Below are positions 1 to 10,920 of a stretch of 32,200 nt of DNA, one piece after another. Both the position numbers and the translations under genes were made by a program. This DNA comes from Octopus bimaculoides (lineage: Eukaryota). The stretch spans positions 18,415,899-18,448,098 of the forward strand of contig NC_068995.1 of assembly GCF_001194135.2 (NCBI RefSeq). The letters run 5' to 3'. The notes beneath the pieces were generated by a model. That model was not told where the DNA came from and did not search any database. It saw only the letters and a list, made by a program, of their open reading frames with translations. Position 1 is the first letter of the stretch; each line of letters opens with the position of its first letter.

Positions 1-60
1 GAAGAAGAAGAAGAAGAAGAAGAAGAAGAAGAAGAAGAAGAAGAAGAAGAAGAAGAAGAA
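1..60. repeat. (GAA)n microsatellite, truncated by window start
   Basis: Perfect GAA repeat across 1-60. Confidence 0.98.
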
Positions 61-284
61 TGCGTGAGTGCCATGTTAGTAGTAGGATGTTAAATAGTCA
101 AGTGCCCTGAAAATGACTTGCGGATGGTGGTAGTGATTGAATTCTTGAGACATCTCTTTTGAATGTATTGTTTATAATATTTGCAAAAGAGATGTTTCAA
201 GACTTCAATCACTACTACCATCCACAACAAGTCACTTTCAGGGCACTTGACCATTTAACATCCTACTACCATCATGGCACTTCC

Positions 285-287
<3 letters not shown>
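61..287. repeat. Long imperfect inverted repeat (fold-back / MITE-like element)
   Basis: 61-~163 (tgcgtgagtgccatgttagtagtaggatgttaaatagtcaagtgccctgaaa...catctcttttg) is the reverse complement of ~179-287, with about 10 mismatches and one 3-nt indel counted by eye, and a short AT-rich spacer. Confidence 0.9.
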
Positions 288-325
<38 letters not shown>

Positions 326-449
326 CTTCTTCTTCTTCTTCTTCTTCTTCTTCTTCTTCTTCTTCTTCTTCTTCTTCTTCTTCTTCTTCTTCTTCTTCTT
401 CTTCTTCTTCTTCTTCTTCTTCTTCTTCTTCTTCTTCTTCTTCTTCTTC
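288..449. repeat. Compound (TTG)n(TTC)n microsatellite
   Basis: Direct reading. It explains the poly-L/F, poly-E/Q and poly-C/S ORFs in the track. Confidence 0.98.
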
Positions 450-610
450 CCTACGAGAATTCACAACGACCTCGAACCAAAACAGTAGACAAGAAAGACA
501 GAGGAAGCAGAAACAAGGAAAATGTCCCTTGTATTTGAATACTATGCAAATATACTTCTAAAATTCTTTTCTTTGAATTTTTCCAAAATTTAAAAGTTTT
601 CCATACTTAC

Positions 611-642
611 AGTTGAAAAAGTCTCAACGACTGAAGCCGGTA
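611..642 (-). CDS. Candidate 32-nt internal micro-exon (x-PASVVETFST), product unknown
   Basis: Minus strand reads ...aatacatttcag|taccggcttcagtcgttgagactttttcaact|gtaagtatgg, with a CAG acceptor and a perfect GTAAGT donor. It is open in two frames. The polypyrimidine tract is short and a gap starts 26 nt upstream. Confidence 0.3.
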
Positions 643-668
643 CTGAAATGTATTTTTAATAAAATTAT

Positions 669-1063
669 NNNNNNNNNNNNNNNNNNNNNNNNNNNNNNNN
701 NNNNNNNNNNNNNNNNNNNNNNNNNNNNNNNNNNNNNNNNNNNNNNNNNNNNNNNNNNNNNNNNNNNNNNNNNNNNNNNNNNNNNNNNNNNNNNNNNNNN
801 NNNNNNNNNNNNNNNNNNNNNNNNNNNNNNNNNNNNNNNNNNNNNNNNNNNNNNNNNNNNNNNNNNNNNNNNNNNNNNNNNNNNNNNNNNNNNNNNNNNN
901 NNNNNNNNNNNNNNNNNNNNNNNNNNNNNNNNNNNNNNNNNNNNNNNNNNNNNNNNNNNNNNNNNNNNNNNNNNNNNNNNNNNNNNNNNNNNNNNNNNNN
1001 NNNNNNNNNNNNNNNNNNNNNNNNNNNNNNNNNNNNNNNNNNNNNNNNNNNNNNNNNNNNNNN
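669..1063. other. Assembly gap (N run)
   Basis: Ns. Confidence 1.
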
Positions 1064-1457
1064 ATGCGTTCTGCTATATCCTAGGGCCGACTTGAATGTG
1101 AATGTGATCGACTGTAACACATACACTTCCAAGTTATTAGTCAGTCCGAGGATATGATAGAAGGCATGTACCCAAAGTAGCGTGCAACGGAACTGAATCT
1201 AATTCTATATGGTTCGTAAAAGGGGATTTTTACGCATACACACGTATATATGTTTGTGTGTGTTTATATGTTCGCTTTTTTTTTTGCACTTGTGTTTTAT
1301 TTTTGATCTTTTATATACTGAAAATATTTCCTTCATTTTCCTGTTTTCCTCTCTACGAAATGAGAAGATACATTGCAGAACTATTGATTTAACGAGGTTT
1401 ATCTAATTATTATCCGATGAGACACATCTGCGCCGCCGGATGCTCCTGAACCAGTTG

Positions 1458-1518
1458 TTAAGTCTCCCGCCCATGAGGGATCCATGCTAACTCTGTCGAA
1501 ACAACTGTCGTGATTAAT
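1458..1518 (+). ncRNA. Possible decayed type I hammerhead ribozyme motif (Penelope pLTR-like)
   Basis: cccatga-(21 nt)-gaaac-aact-gtc resembles the CTGATGA...GAAAC(agct)GTC core, with two core mismatches and poor stem II pairing. Confidence 0.2.
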
Positions 1519-2084
1519 AATAATTATCGTATATTCAATCTTCCTTCTTAAATGAGTAGAGGATACTTGAGGGAGAAAACGGGAGGATGAAAGAAGAGTG
1601 AACGTCAATGTAACTGAATGATTTGAAGTATAGAATCAACAAAATAAGTAAAAGTTATAAGTTGAAGCAGTGAAAAATAGTACGAGCTAAGGCTTCAAAC
1701 CAGATAAACAAATAAGTAGGCTTTGAACCAAGAGGAAAATGTAGACAAAAGAACGCTATTTAACAAACTGTCATTTATGGAGGGTTTCTATGTAATAGGA
1801 AAAGAGGAAGTCCATGAGAAAGCTCGGGGAATGGTGGTGCGAGACGAATAAAATCGTTGTGAGACGGTAATCATCTAAATCTTCAAGACACAGAAGAAGA
1901 ATGTGGATCGGGAAGCGGTAACTACAAGAAGGTTTATACAAAGGGCATACTACAGCTAGAAACACTATAGGACACTAAGTGGGAGTGGATGTTAGCGCGG
2001 AATAGAAGTAAAGTAAAAAAAAAACCCAGAGAAATAAGAAGAGTAATTTTGTCAGAAAATCAAGATTTTCATGGGCCATTGTAT

Positions 2085-2222
2085 TATCGATAAAACAGTT
2101 ATAGGTAGGAGAAATCATTGGACCAAGTACTTACTTCCTGGTACAGCGTGCTGTCCCACTGAAGAATTAAACCCACGAATTTGTAATCCGGAATCCAAAA
2201 ATCTAACCATTTGGGCCACGTG
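2085..2222 (-). mobile_element. Degenerate tRNA-derived SINE 5' portion
   Basis: Minus strand cgtggcccaaatggttagatt...cgtgggtttaattc shows A-box/B-box-like spacing, similar to the head of the 17583-17915 element. Confidence 0.45.
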
Positions 2223-2368
2223 ATGTACAGAAATATATACATAAATACACGCATACAGAAAGACAAATACACGCATACAGAAAGACAGAGAGACAGAGAG
2301 ACAGATAGGTAGGTAGATAGATATTTAGACATGTATGCATACATACAACACGCACCCACCCACATATA

Positions 2369-2420
<52 letters not shown>

Positions 2421-2830
2421 GTATTTTGATGCAAACGGGAAAATTAGAACTCAGTATATGAGTATATGCATATTCCCATTAATATTTAGCAGAAATAACA
2501 GATTAAGACGAGGTTTGAGATCCTGTTGTGTTGGCACTTAGATAACTGCCAACGCACGAAACTATCGGACCGTGAGTCACCGTTACTTCTGCTTTATCTT
2601 AAAAAAGATATATCAGTATATTTATATCCATATATGTATATATATGTGTGCATGTATGTGTGTCTGAATGTGTGTGTATGTGTGTGTATGTGTGACTTTG
2701 TGTGTATGTGTGCTATATGTATGTACATATATATATATATAAATGTATGTGCGTGCGTGTGTGTGTGTGTGTTTGTGTACGTGTGTATGTCTGTGTGTGT
2801 TTGTGTGTGTCGATATATTACTACGCCATA
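2223..2830. repeat. Mixed (TA)n/(TG)n/(CA)n simple-repeat region
   Basis: Direct reading. It is the source of the YIYI/CVCV/HTHT ORFs. Confidence 0.9.
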
Positions 2831-3339
2831 AGAATTATTGGCAAACGCTATGGTTTGATGCATTTCAAAGCAGCCCATACCACAGAATATATAGGTTTAT
2901 ACAGAATATACTGAATATAAATAAGTGTGGCTGTTAGTTTTTGGCGTAGTCTGTACTACGTAAAGGCACAATTAATTAAGAGTGGCGACTCATAAGTGTG
3001 ATAACAATAGAAAAGAAGAATAATTCAAAGCAAGAATTAGTCGTTGGTCAGTATTAGTCTCATGGTGATTAAAACTGGTGTAGGTGATTGAAGTAGGGTT
3101 CTAACTTGGCAGGAATGTTTTCTATCAATTTAACCCAGAAACATACGGCATCCCCTATTATAAGAGTCATGAGGGATTCGGAAAATACCGAGGGTAATCG
3201 TTCGGAATAGAACCAAAAGAAAACAGAACAAAAAGAGAGATAGTGAGAGAAAGAAGAAAAAGAAAGAGACAGTTACATGGCAAGAGTGAGGGAGATGGGG
3301 AGAGAGAGTGAGAGAGACAGAGATAACTCTTTTGAATGC

Positions 3340-3680
3340 ATCAGAAACGTCATAATTTACTCATTAAGAGCACCAATATCGGTGATGTGTTTGGCTGAAG
3401 GCCAACATAGTTAAACTGGCGTTTTGAAGCAAGTAAAATAGATTGTGCTGCACGGAGAGGAGGAGGCGATCAAAGTCAAGCAAGTTTAGGTAACGGACTT
3501 GCAATGGAAAGCGATAAAAGTATATAAAGGCGGAAGCGCAATAGGGGTGAATAAGAGGCGGGTAGAGGCTATGCGAGAAGGGGAAAAAAGGGGGAGGGGT
3601 CGATGAAGAGGTGAAATACTGCTGGGATGGCCAAATGTAGGTGTGCTACGTGTGGTCAGGTACGCAAAAAGTAATACAAT
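3340..3680 (-). mobile_element. Possible highly decayed CR1-like LINE 3' ORF remnant
   Basis: Minus-strand translation ...PKLA*L*SPPPLRAAQSILLASKRQFNYVGLQP...MSKL*RF loosely parallels the CR1 ORF2 C-terminus (SELA.LVPP...RSTR...LWN). The match is weak. Confidence 0.3.
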
Positions 3681-3739
3681 GTAGAAAGTAGTTAGGGATG
3701 ACAGTATAACTACAGCAGCCGCACTACTATCAGAAGCAG

Positions 3740-3945
3740 CAGTAGTGGTGGTGGTGGTAATTTTGGTGATTGTAGTAGTAGTAACATTGGTTATGGTGTT
3801 AGTGGTGGTGTTGATTGTAGTTGTAGCAATGGTGATGGTGGTGTTGCTGGTGGTGGTTGTAATAGCAGTAGTAGTAGTAGTAGCAGTAGTAGTAGCAGTA
3901 GTAGTAGTAGTAGTAGTAGTAGTAGCAGCAGCAGCAGTAGTGGTG

Positions 3946-3991
<46 letters not shown>

Positions 3992-4010
3992 TAGTAGTAG
4001 TAGTAGTTAT
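3740..4010. repeat. Compound (GTA)n/(GTG)n/(GCA)n trinucleotide repeats
   Basis: Direct reading. It is the source of the poly-V and poly-Y ORFs. Confidence 0.92.
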
Positions 4011-4230
4011 TCTTCATTTAGTCACAGCATTTGTTTCTTTTGTGGTGGTTTGTTTGTTGCTTTGTTGTTAAGTAGTATGTCAGCACTTGAGTTAGTAGCT
4101 CTGTGACCTAATGCCTTCCAACTGAGGCAATCCCATTTTTATTTGAAGCAAAATACATTTGAGGTCAACCGTTACAATGGGGTATTGTTCAATTTGTTCC
4201 ACCCATTTGAAGTTTTTTGAAAGTTAACAA

Positions 4231-4640
4231 GGAGTGGCTGTGTGGTAAGTAGCTTGCTTACCAACCACATGGTACTGGGTTCAGTCTCACCACGTAGCAC
4301 CTTGGGCAAGTGTCTACTACTATAACCTCAGGCCGACCAAAGCCTTGTGAGTGGATTTGGTGGACGGAAACTGAAAGAAGCCCGTCGTATATATGTGTAT
4401 ATATGTGTATGTGTGTGTATATATGTTTGTGTGTCTGTTTGTCCCCCAACATCGCTTGGGGGACAAACAGATGCTGGTGTGTTTACGTCCTCGTAACTTA
4501 GCGGTTCAGCAAAATAGATCGATAGAATAAGTACTAGGCTTACAAAGAATAAGTCCCGGGGTAGATTTGCTCGACTAAAGGCGTAGCTCCAGCATGATCA
4601 CAGTCAAATGACTGAAGCAATTAAAAGAGAGTGTGAAAGA
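4231..4640 (+). mobile_element. Near full-length tRNA-derived SINE, family A (octopus-type)
   Basis: Head ggagtggctgtgtggtaag...gggttcagtc (A/B-box-like), body accttgggcaagtgtc...ggaaactgaaagaagcccgtcgtatat, an internal TA/TG repeat, and a second half ccgtaacttagcggttc...aaatgactgaa. An inverted homologous copy lies at 22318-22672. Confidence 0.9.
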
Positions 4641-4914
4641 GAGTTAGATAATTCTCAAAGATTTAGTTCTGATCTAGTCTACCATGATGGTGCTGATAAT
4701 CGCATTGATTTTTCTACATATTAATAATAAACAATACAGAAGCAGTTAAAATCGAAACCTTCGTTGCCGGATATGAAGGATGTTGTAACTGTTTGTCCCC
4801 CTGAGAACAGCGCAAACGAAATCTTTATGTGGTATCTCGACCTGCTAGAAATAGCAGCCAATTGTTCTTACTCTGTATCACAGAGTCTAATCAATCGATG
4901 ACATATTTTGTCAC

Positions 4915-5030
4915 TGGTTGTGGTGGTGGTGGTGGTGGTGGTCGTCGTCGTCGTCGTCGTTGTCATCTCAATAGCGGTGGTGTTGCTGCTGCATATGATG
5001 GACTATATTTATGATGATGATGATGTCGCT
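4915..5030. repeat. (GGT)n(CGT)n/(GAT)n simple repeats
   Basis: Direct reading. Confidence 0.85.
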
Positions 5031-5317
5031 GTCAGCGACCTATGTGAATCCTTTGATATAACAGTCGGTAAGCGAGGAAGATTACAATGAATTAAAAAAG
5101 CTTGGCTAAGAAATAGAAGAGGTTACGAAATACTGGTAAAATAATGCGTAGAATGTTCTTTATACTGGCGATGATAACTGGTAGAATTATTGTAGTTTAG
5201 TTAGAGTTGCATTTTGATTGACGCAAATGCATCGGTTTCATAGAGATCCATGTCACCAAATAGTCACAAATACTAAACAAATGCGAAAGCAACCTTGCCT
5301 GAGAAACAACATAGACA

Positions 5318-5504
5318 TAATATTGATTACAAATTTTGGCACGAGGCCAGCAATTTCGAGGGAAGGGTAACTTATTGTATCGATACCGAAAGAATGAAAG
5401 GCAACGCCAACCGCGGCGGAATTTGAATTCAGAACATGAAGATGGACGAAACACCGATAAGCATTTCGCTCGACGTGCCAACAATTGTGCCAGCTCACTG
5501 CCTT
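5318..5504 (-). mobile_element. tRNA-derived SINE, family B (internally deleted)
   Basis: Minus strand aaggcagtgagctggcacaattgttggcacgtcgagcgaaatgcttatcgg...gaattcaaattccgccgcggttggcgttgcctttcattctttcggtatcgatacaataag...aaattgctggcctcgtgccaaaattt. Homologous to 15212-15436. Confidence 0.85.
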
Positions 5505-5749
5505 CAGCAGAGACATAATATTACTGAGTGTAGGTTTGGCAAATTGTACGCATCAGATATCAGGTACGTACCTCCTGTTTCATAACTTTCTGTATAGAGA
5601 GAAGTAGGTAACAACTGTTCCACATGCTTACACAGAAATTTCATTATGACCTCCCCCATTATGAATACTTTCTCTATGTGTATGCGATAAGAAGTTTGCT
5701 TCACAACCACATGCTTATTTTAATGTGTTTCGGGTGGCATGATTGAAAA

Positions 5750-6285
5750 GGAAAAAATATTCCCTTCGATTTAGCCAAAAGGATTTGCACACTAGTGTAT
5801 GATGCATGTGTACGATGCATGTTCGACTTCAAGAACTTAAAACCACACTAGTTGAAAGACACTATCCACTCTCAATGATAAATGAAGGGACTAAAGGAGT
5901 GAGGAAAATAGATATCAAAACAAACGGGAAACGAAATTACACACCTCGTCAACCAATACTACTCTTTATTTCGACACACAAACCTGGAAACAAACTAGCA
6001 TAATACACCATTATTTGAAATTTACGTATGCACACTATGGATCATAAGATGAAGTTACATTCTACAAACGCAAATTAATCAACATTGGAAAAAAATACCC
6101 TAAATCACCAAAAATAATTCTGACCTGTGCGAAATTATACCCAATAACAAAGGAAAAAAGAGTAAGAGATGCGGGCGTTCAAACTGTAGAATGTTCTCCA
6201 ACTTACTGGACGCTTCGGAATTCCGTTTGAAATAATGATAGAGATTCATAATTAAGACTGGTTAAACTTATGCATCCGAAAATTT
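5750..6285 (+). mobile_element. Penelope-like retroelement remnant (RT thumb, linker, start of GIY-YIG endonuclease)
   Basis: Broken frames read KNIPFDLAKRICTLV, VRLQELKTTLVERHYPLSMINEG, PILLFISTHKP, and RCGRSNCRMFSNLLDASEF...FIIKTG*TYASEN. These match the PLE pattern K.IPFSLARRI...RL.EL...L..R.YP...I / PYVSTHNP / KC.R..C..C..... / TC.S.N. Stops and frameshifts are present. Confidence 0.8.
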
Positions 6286-6434
6286 CTCAGGGTGTGGAAA
6301 TAAGTAGAGAAACCAAATTAGGATTCCTTTAGACAGAGACTTACATTTAATAAGGAACAAATCCGTTTCCCAAGGTGTACACAAATACCATTTAGCGAAC
6401 ATGTGAAGAAATGTGTGTGAAATCTCCAACTAAA

Positions 6435-6660
6435 CATCACACACACACGCGCGTGCACGACACACACACACACACACACACACATGTATTTGTGTGAAGG
6501 TTTGTGTTTGTGTTTGTACCCCGCCGACACCTGAGAATCGGTGTTGGTGTATTTTTATCCCCCGTAACTTAGCAGTTCGGCAAAAGAGAACAATAGAGTA
6601 CATACCAATCTCAAGTGAAGAGTAGAGGGGCCACTTCATTAGGCTGAAAGTTTTTCAGCT
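6435..6660 (+). mobile_element. (CA)n/(TG)n repeat plus 3' half of a family A SINE
   Basis: gtgtttgtgtttgtaccc...ggtgttggtgtatttttatcccccgtaacttagcagttcggcaaaagaga matches the second half of 4231-4640. Confidence 0.7.
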
Positions 6661-7129
6661 TGATGCCCCAGATAGTTTTATACATCAACCTATCTTTTTT
6701 TGAGAAATGACAATCTCGAAAGATGTCATTACAAGAATATCATTACAAGGATAATTTTCAAACTTATTTTCGAGGTGACGATAAAGCTGAAATGTAAATA
6801 TTAATTCAATATGGTCACCAAAGATGAATTTCCTAATTCGAAAAAATATGAACTAATATATATTTTCAATCTGGGATACAAACAATTTTCAAAAATACTA
6901 AAAGACATATCTATCTTCAAACAGTATTATACAAGAGAATAAGATATCAAGTGACAATTCCCAAGTATACGCCGTGCATGGTGCTTTCTTTAAAGTGTAA
7001 GTTTTAGGTAAATTACTACTGAGGCAATTTCTAATTGATTTCATTTCCAAGGAGAAATCGTACTACATTGAACAGGCACAAAAGTATTAGAGAGGTTGAG
7101 ATGATGCTGGTATTATTGATAAGGAAGTC

Positions 7130-7338
7130 ATTAAAGATGGAAATGATGATATAATGATAGCGACAATTATGATGATGGTCATCATCACGCTTTTGGGGAT
7201 GACAATGATGATGATGAGGGGAAGGAGGAGAAAGTAGAAGGAGAAGGAGAAGAATAATGTGTACGGGGAGGAGGATGTGTATGATGACGATCTTGGTGTC
7301 AGTCGCAGTGACTGTGGTGGTGGTGGTGGTGGTGGCGG

Positions 7339-7378
<40 letters not shown>

Positions 7379-7545
7379 AATGACGACGACGATGGCATCA
7401 ACGAAGATGGTAGTAACGGTGGCAGCGGCCGTGGCTGTGGTGGTATTGCTAGTGTGGTGCCACCGGTGGGGGGGGGGCAGTGGTATTAGGGATGATGATG
7501 ACTTCGACGACGACGACGACGGTGATGATGATGATGACGAAGAAG
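7130..7545. repeat. Compound (GAT)n/(GGT)n/(GAC)n repeats
   Basis: Direct reading. It is the source of the poly-D/M/G/S ORFs. Confidence 0.9.
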
Positions 7546-7609
7546 ACTTTACATTTACGGAAGACCACAGGGAAATAAACGACTGAATCGATTACAGTAA
7601 TATTGATGT

Positions 7610-7690
7610 TAATAAATTTTATGAACCCCCAGATGTACAAATGATAAACTTGATCCTGACGATGGATTTGAACCCAATACGAGGATGGGG
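7610..7690 (-). mobile_element. Old family B SINE core fragment
   Basis: Minus strand gggttcaaatccatcgtcaggatcaagtttatcatttgtacatctgggggttcataaaatt aligns by eye to the B-box plus central domain of family B. Confidence 0.35.
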
Positions 7691-7880
7691 GGGGGCTGAG
7701 TTTTATCTTTCAATACTGGGAGCCAGATAAAATCAGTAACAGCCTTATATCGATAGATAAATAGAAATGGCAGCACTAATGTAAGAAATCGATATTAATT
7801 GGCTATAACAATCCCTGATGTATGGGTTCACGTGCTTATTAAAAATAATTATGATTGCTATTGGGAAAGGCGTTGACTGC

Positions 7881-7950
<70 letters not shown>
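7881..7950. repeat. (ATT)n tract, which is the (TAA)n tail or target of the adjacent R4/Dong element
   Basis: Perfect repeat directly abutting the 3' UTR of the minus-strand LINE. Confidence 0.95.
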
Positions 7951-8212
7951 TCGCCTTAATTTTATTGTGAGCTTTCGTTGCACTACCGATTTCCGTACCA
8001 TGCGCTATGGTTATGTTCTGCGCTTTTTTTTTTTTTAGTTTTGTTGTTTCATACATATAGAAAGAACCCGATGTAATATGTGGGCGATGCCATGTTGTGC
8101 TGTTTTCTGTATAGTAATCATATTTGTAAACTTGGGTCTGTGCCTACCAATTTATCGGCATGATTTTTTTTTAACATTCCTATATTATCAGGTTTGTTTC
8201 TCTTCCATCTCA

Positions 8213-8260
<48 letters not shown>

Positions 8261-9760
8261 CGTCCTTCTTCTTCTTCTTCTTCTTCTTCTTCTTCTTCTT
8301 CTTCTTCTTCTTCTTCTTCTTCTTCTTCTTCTTCTTCTTCTTCCAACACTCTCTGTTTGTTGCATGACTTGGCCATGAAATTCGATTTTGTTTCATCTAC
8401 CTGGCCGTTTCATCTACCTGGCCCGTTGTTGTTCTCTTTTTATTTGAATTTCCCTTCTCTTTCAGTTATATTTTGGAAATCTGTAACTATCCATACTCTT
8501 CTTTTTTTCACTTCACACAGCATAATTCTTGAACTCCAGTATGATGCCATTCACAGTATCTTCTGTGTTTAGTAATACTCCGCCTCATACATTTCCTACA
8601 ATTCTTCGTAGATAGAGTATTAATTTCAAGATGGTGTACCTCTTGCATTATTAGCAATTCAACCTTTGTCCATTTCAGAATGAGTTCAGGGCATCTTTAT
8701 ACTGGCATAGCCGATGTATTTATTGCTTTAATGATAATCCTTTCCGCATAATTTTGTTATGAGCATCTTCCTAATTCTCCTGTTGTACAATTAAGAGGTT
8801 GTCTCAGTCATTTCTCAGGTTATTAACCTATCGCTTTTCAGAATCTGCATGTACACGTATTCCTCCTTATTCTACATCGATCTAATGGTGTTTTTTTGTG
8901 ATCATTTTATGCTATCATCGTTTATTTTCTGTCTCTTTTCACAATGAGCTCGTTGCATTTACTTATCCCAAACAGCAGTCTAATATCTTTGCAGAGATCT
9001 CTTACTGCCTGTATGAACGTATTTTTTTTCGCTTTTGTATCTTGTTTTTGGTCATCTGCATAAAACAGGTGATTTATTTTCAACTTGTGTTAGGTAATCT
9101 CGTTTCGATTTTCTCCGTATACTTGCCAGAAGTGTTAATGCAGTGACAGAGTGTCTCCCTCTTAATTTCCTCCGCATATTTTGACCTATCCTAGCAATTC
9201 TTTTGCACATATCATTTCTATTTCGTGCACTGACATTACCTTTTCCAAAAAGCCGTTGATCTTTTCATTCACTACGACAGAGCGTACTCAGTCAAGAGTA
9301 AATATTGTGGGACCTTATCGTAAGCCTGCTAGTGATCTACCCATCTAACACCTCGATTATTCTTTCTAACGCGTACCACATTCAATATCCAATTATACTT
9401 GTACAGCAGATTAGCAGTTCCTCGTGACCTCTTTCTGCATACCTTTTAATCTTCCGGTATTACTTTCCCAGAAAATTGTACACTTCATCTGCTGTGAGGC
9501 CCAGTGTAATAGCAAATATGTTATAAGTCTCTAATTGTTGACTTCCCCTCTCGTTTCTTTTTCCTTCTGTATAGGTACTCTCCTTTCTTTTGTCATCCAT
9601 GTTGTCGTGGATATTTTATGTGACCAGCAAAAGACAGTCGTTCTGAGTCAATTTTCTAATCTTCCTTGCAGTATTTGCATAACTGCTTGACCCAACCTGC
9701 TACACAGTGGAAAAACTCCATGAAGGAGTACTTCAGTTGGGGTTCGGATCTCATAAACTC
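7951..9760 (-). mobile_element. R4/Dong-clade non-LTR retrotransposon remnant (RT plus C-terminus), decayed and internally interrupted
   Basis: Minus-strand motifs in canonical order: TWMTKERRVPIQKEK; KVCRKRSRGTANLL; WVDH*QAYDKVP; VKICGGN*EGDTLS; KINHLFYADD (YADD at 9062-9051); KDIRLLFGISKC; YNRRIRKML...IIKAINT; KWTKVEL; FHGQ; then, after the (TTC)n/(ATC)n tract, IQKTAQHGIAHILHRVLS and a 3' UTR ending in (TAA)n. These are typical of RLE-bearing R4/Dong RTs. Confidence 0.88.
8217..8343. repeat. Compound (ATC)n(TTC)n microsatellite inside the R4/Dong remnant
   Basis: Direct reading. Confidence 0.97.
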
Positions 9761-10140
9761 TAGAGTAATTAATTTTTATTTGGTATTACACTCATAATAA
9801 TTACGGTAGTGATGTGGTATCACAACCACCAAGATTTTGGTGAGGTACCAATTCGAGTAGGTGGCCAATCAAGATTATGTACCCCTCCTCTGTTTTGTTC
9901 TGGGCATTTTCATTCTTATTCATTCTGTTATATCAAGGCGTAATAGGTTCATCAGAAGCATTACTGATAAGAAAAAAAAAACAGACTATATGGATGGCCG
10001 TTGATTCATCAGAGTTCACTCGCCCTTACACGAGTCTAGTTTTCTATCCCACAAGCTTATTAAATAGCGAAAATTAACACTCTCCCTACATCAGTGACTA
10101 TTGTGGCAACTCTATACGCAGTGAATGAAAAACAAGAGTT

Positions 10141-10142
<2 letters not shown>

Positions 10143-10212
<70 letters not shown>
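10143..10212. repeat. (GA)n microsatellite
   Basis: Direct reading. Confidence 0.97.
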
Positions 10213-10214
<2 letters not shown>

Positions 10215-10216
<2 letters not shown>

Positions 10217-10773
10217 TGATATAGTAAGTTAATCGTTTTGGAGATTAATATATAGCGATCTTCAAACAAAGCAAAGACTTTTTACGATGAAAAAATAGTT
10301 CAATTTAGGTTAGAATGTAATTTAAAATTGGAACGTAAATTTAAATCTGTTTCATAAATACAACTTATACACAGAAATGCATGCTGATCTCGCTATGGGA
10401 ACAGCGTAGGGAACCTTATAGTCCTATATCGCAAAACAAAGGCAGCACAAATATCACCGAGAGCTAGAGAACAAGAGATAGAGGGAGCGATATCGAGCAA
10501 GAGAAAAATAGAAACGCTGGTGGGGAAGTTTGTTGCTGTGTGAGGAAAGAAAAAAACAACAAAATTATCACCGATAGAAGAGAACATAATAAAGGGGATA
10601 GCAGAAAGAGAGTGATATAGGAATTTAAACATTGTGGATTAATATACAACGATCTTCAAACAAAAACAAAACCAGTCTTACGCTTAGAATATAGTACAAT
10701 TTGCGTTACAATACAGATTTTAAATCAGTTTCATAAAATGCAAACTTTATACCGACAGACATGATGTTCTCTC
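10215..10773. repeat. Diverged direct duplication, ~170-180 bp units about 396 bp apart
   Basis: Copy 1 (10215-10393) and copy 2 (10611-10773) share agtgatatag, gattaatata..cgatcttcaaacaaa, tttaaatc.gtttcataaa and catg.tg.tctc.c in order. Confidence 0.75.
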
Positions 10774-10789
10774 CAAGATCATGAATTAA

Positions 10790-10920
10790 GCAAATGCCAT
10801 AGCGGCATTTCACCTGTTTTTACGTTTCTATTTCAAATTCCGTCGAAGTAAGTGAAATAATTGCCAGTAGTAAGTGAAATAAGTACAATGTGCTATACAT
10901 GAGGTAGAGCTGATAGCTAG
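10790..10920 (+). mobile_element. Degenerate family B SINE fragment
   Basis: gcaaatgccatagcggcatttcacctgtttttacgtttctatttcaaattccgtcgaag...aataagtac matches the family B head. The central domain is replaced by a 14-bp direct repeat (agtaagtgaaataa). Confidence 0.55.

Noticed and set aside
1760-1980. Possible CR1/Penelope remnant on the minus strand
   Set aside because: Only scattered 3-4 residue resemblances, not enough to call.
3000-3230. Possible Penelope RT fragment (minus: IGDAVCFW...NHLHQF...ETNTDQ)
   Set aside because: The catalytic YxDD is not recognisable and similarity is too weak without a profile search.
6680-6786. Minus-strand acceptor (tttacatttcag) followed by the open frame LYRHLENKFENYPCNDILVMTSFEIV
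   Set aside because: There is no convincing donor (only gtaatg/gttgat), and the phase is incompatible with the candidate first exon.
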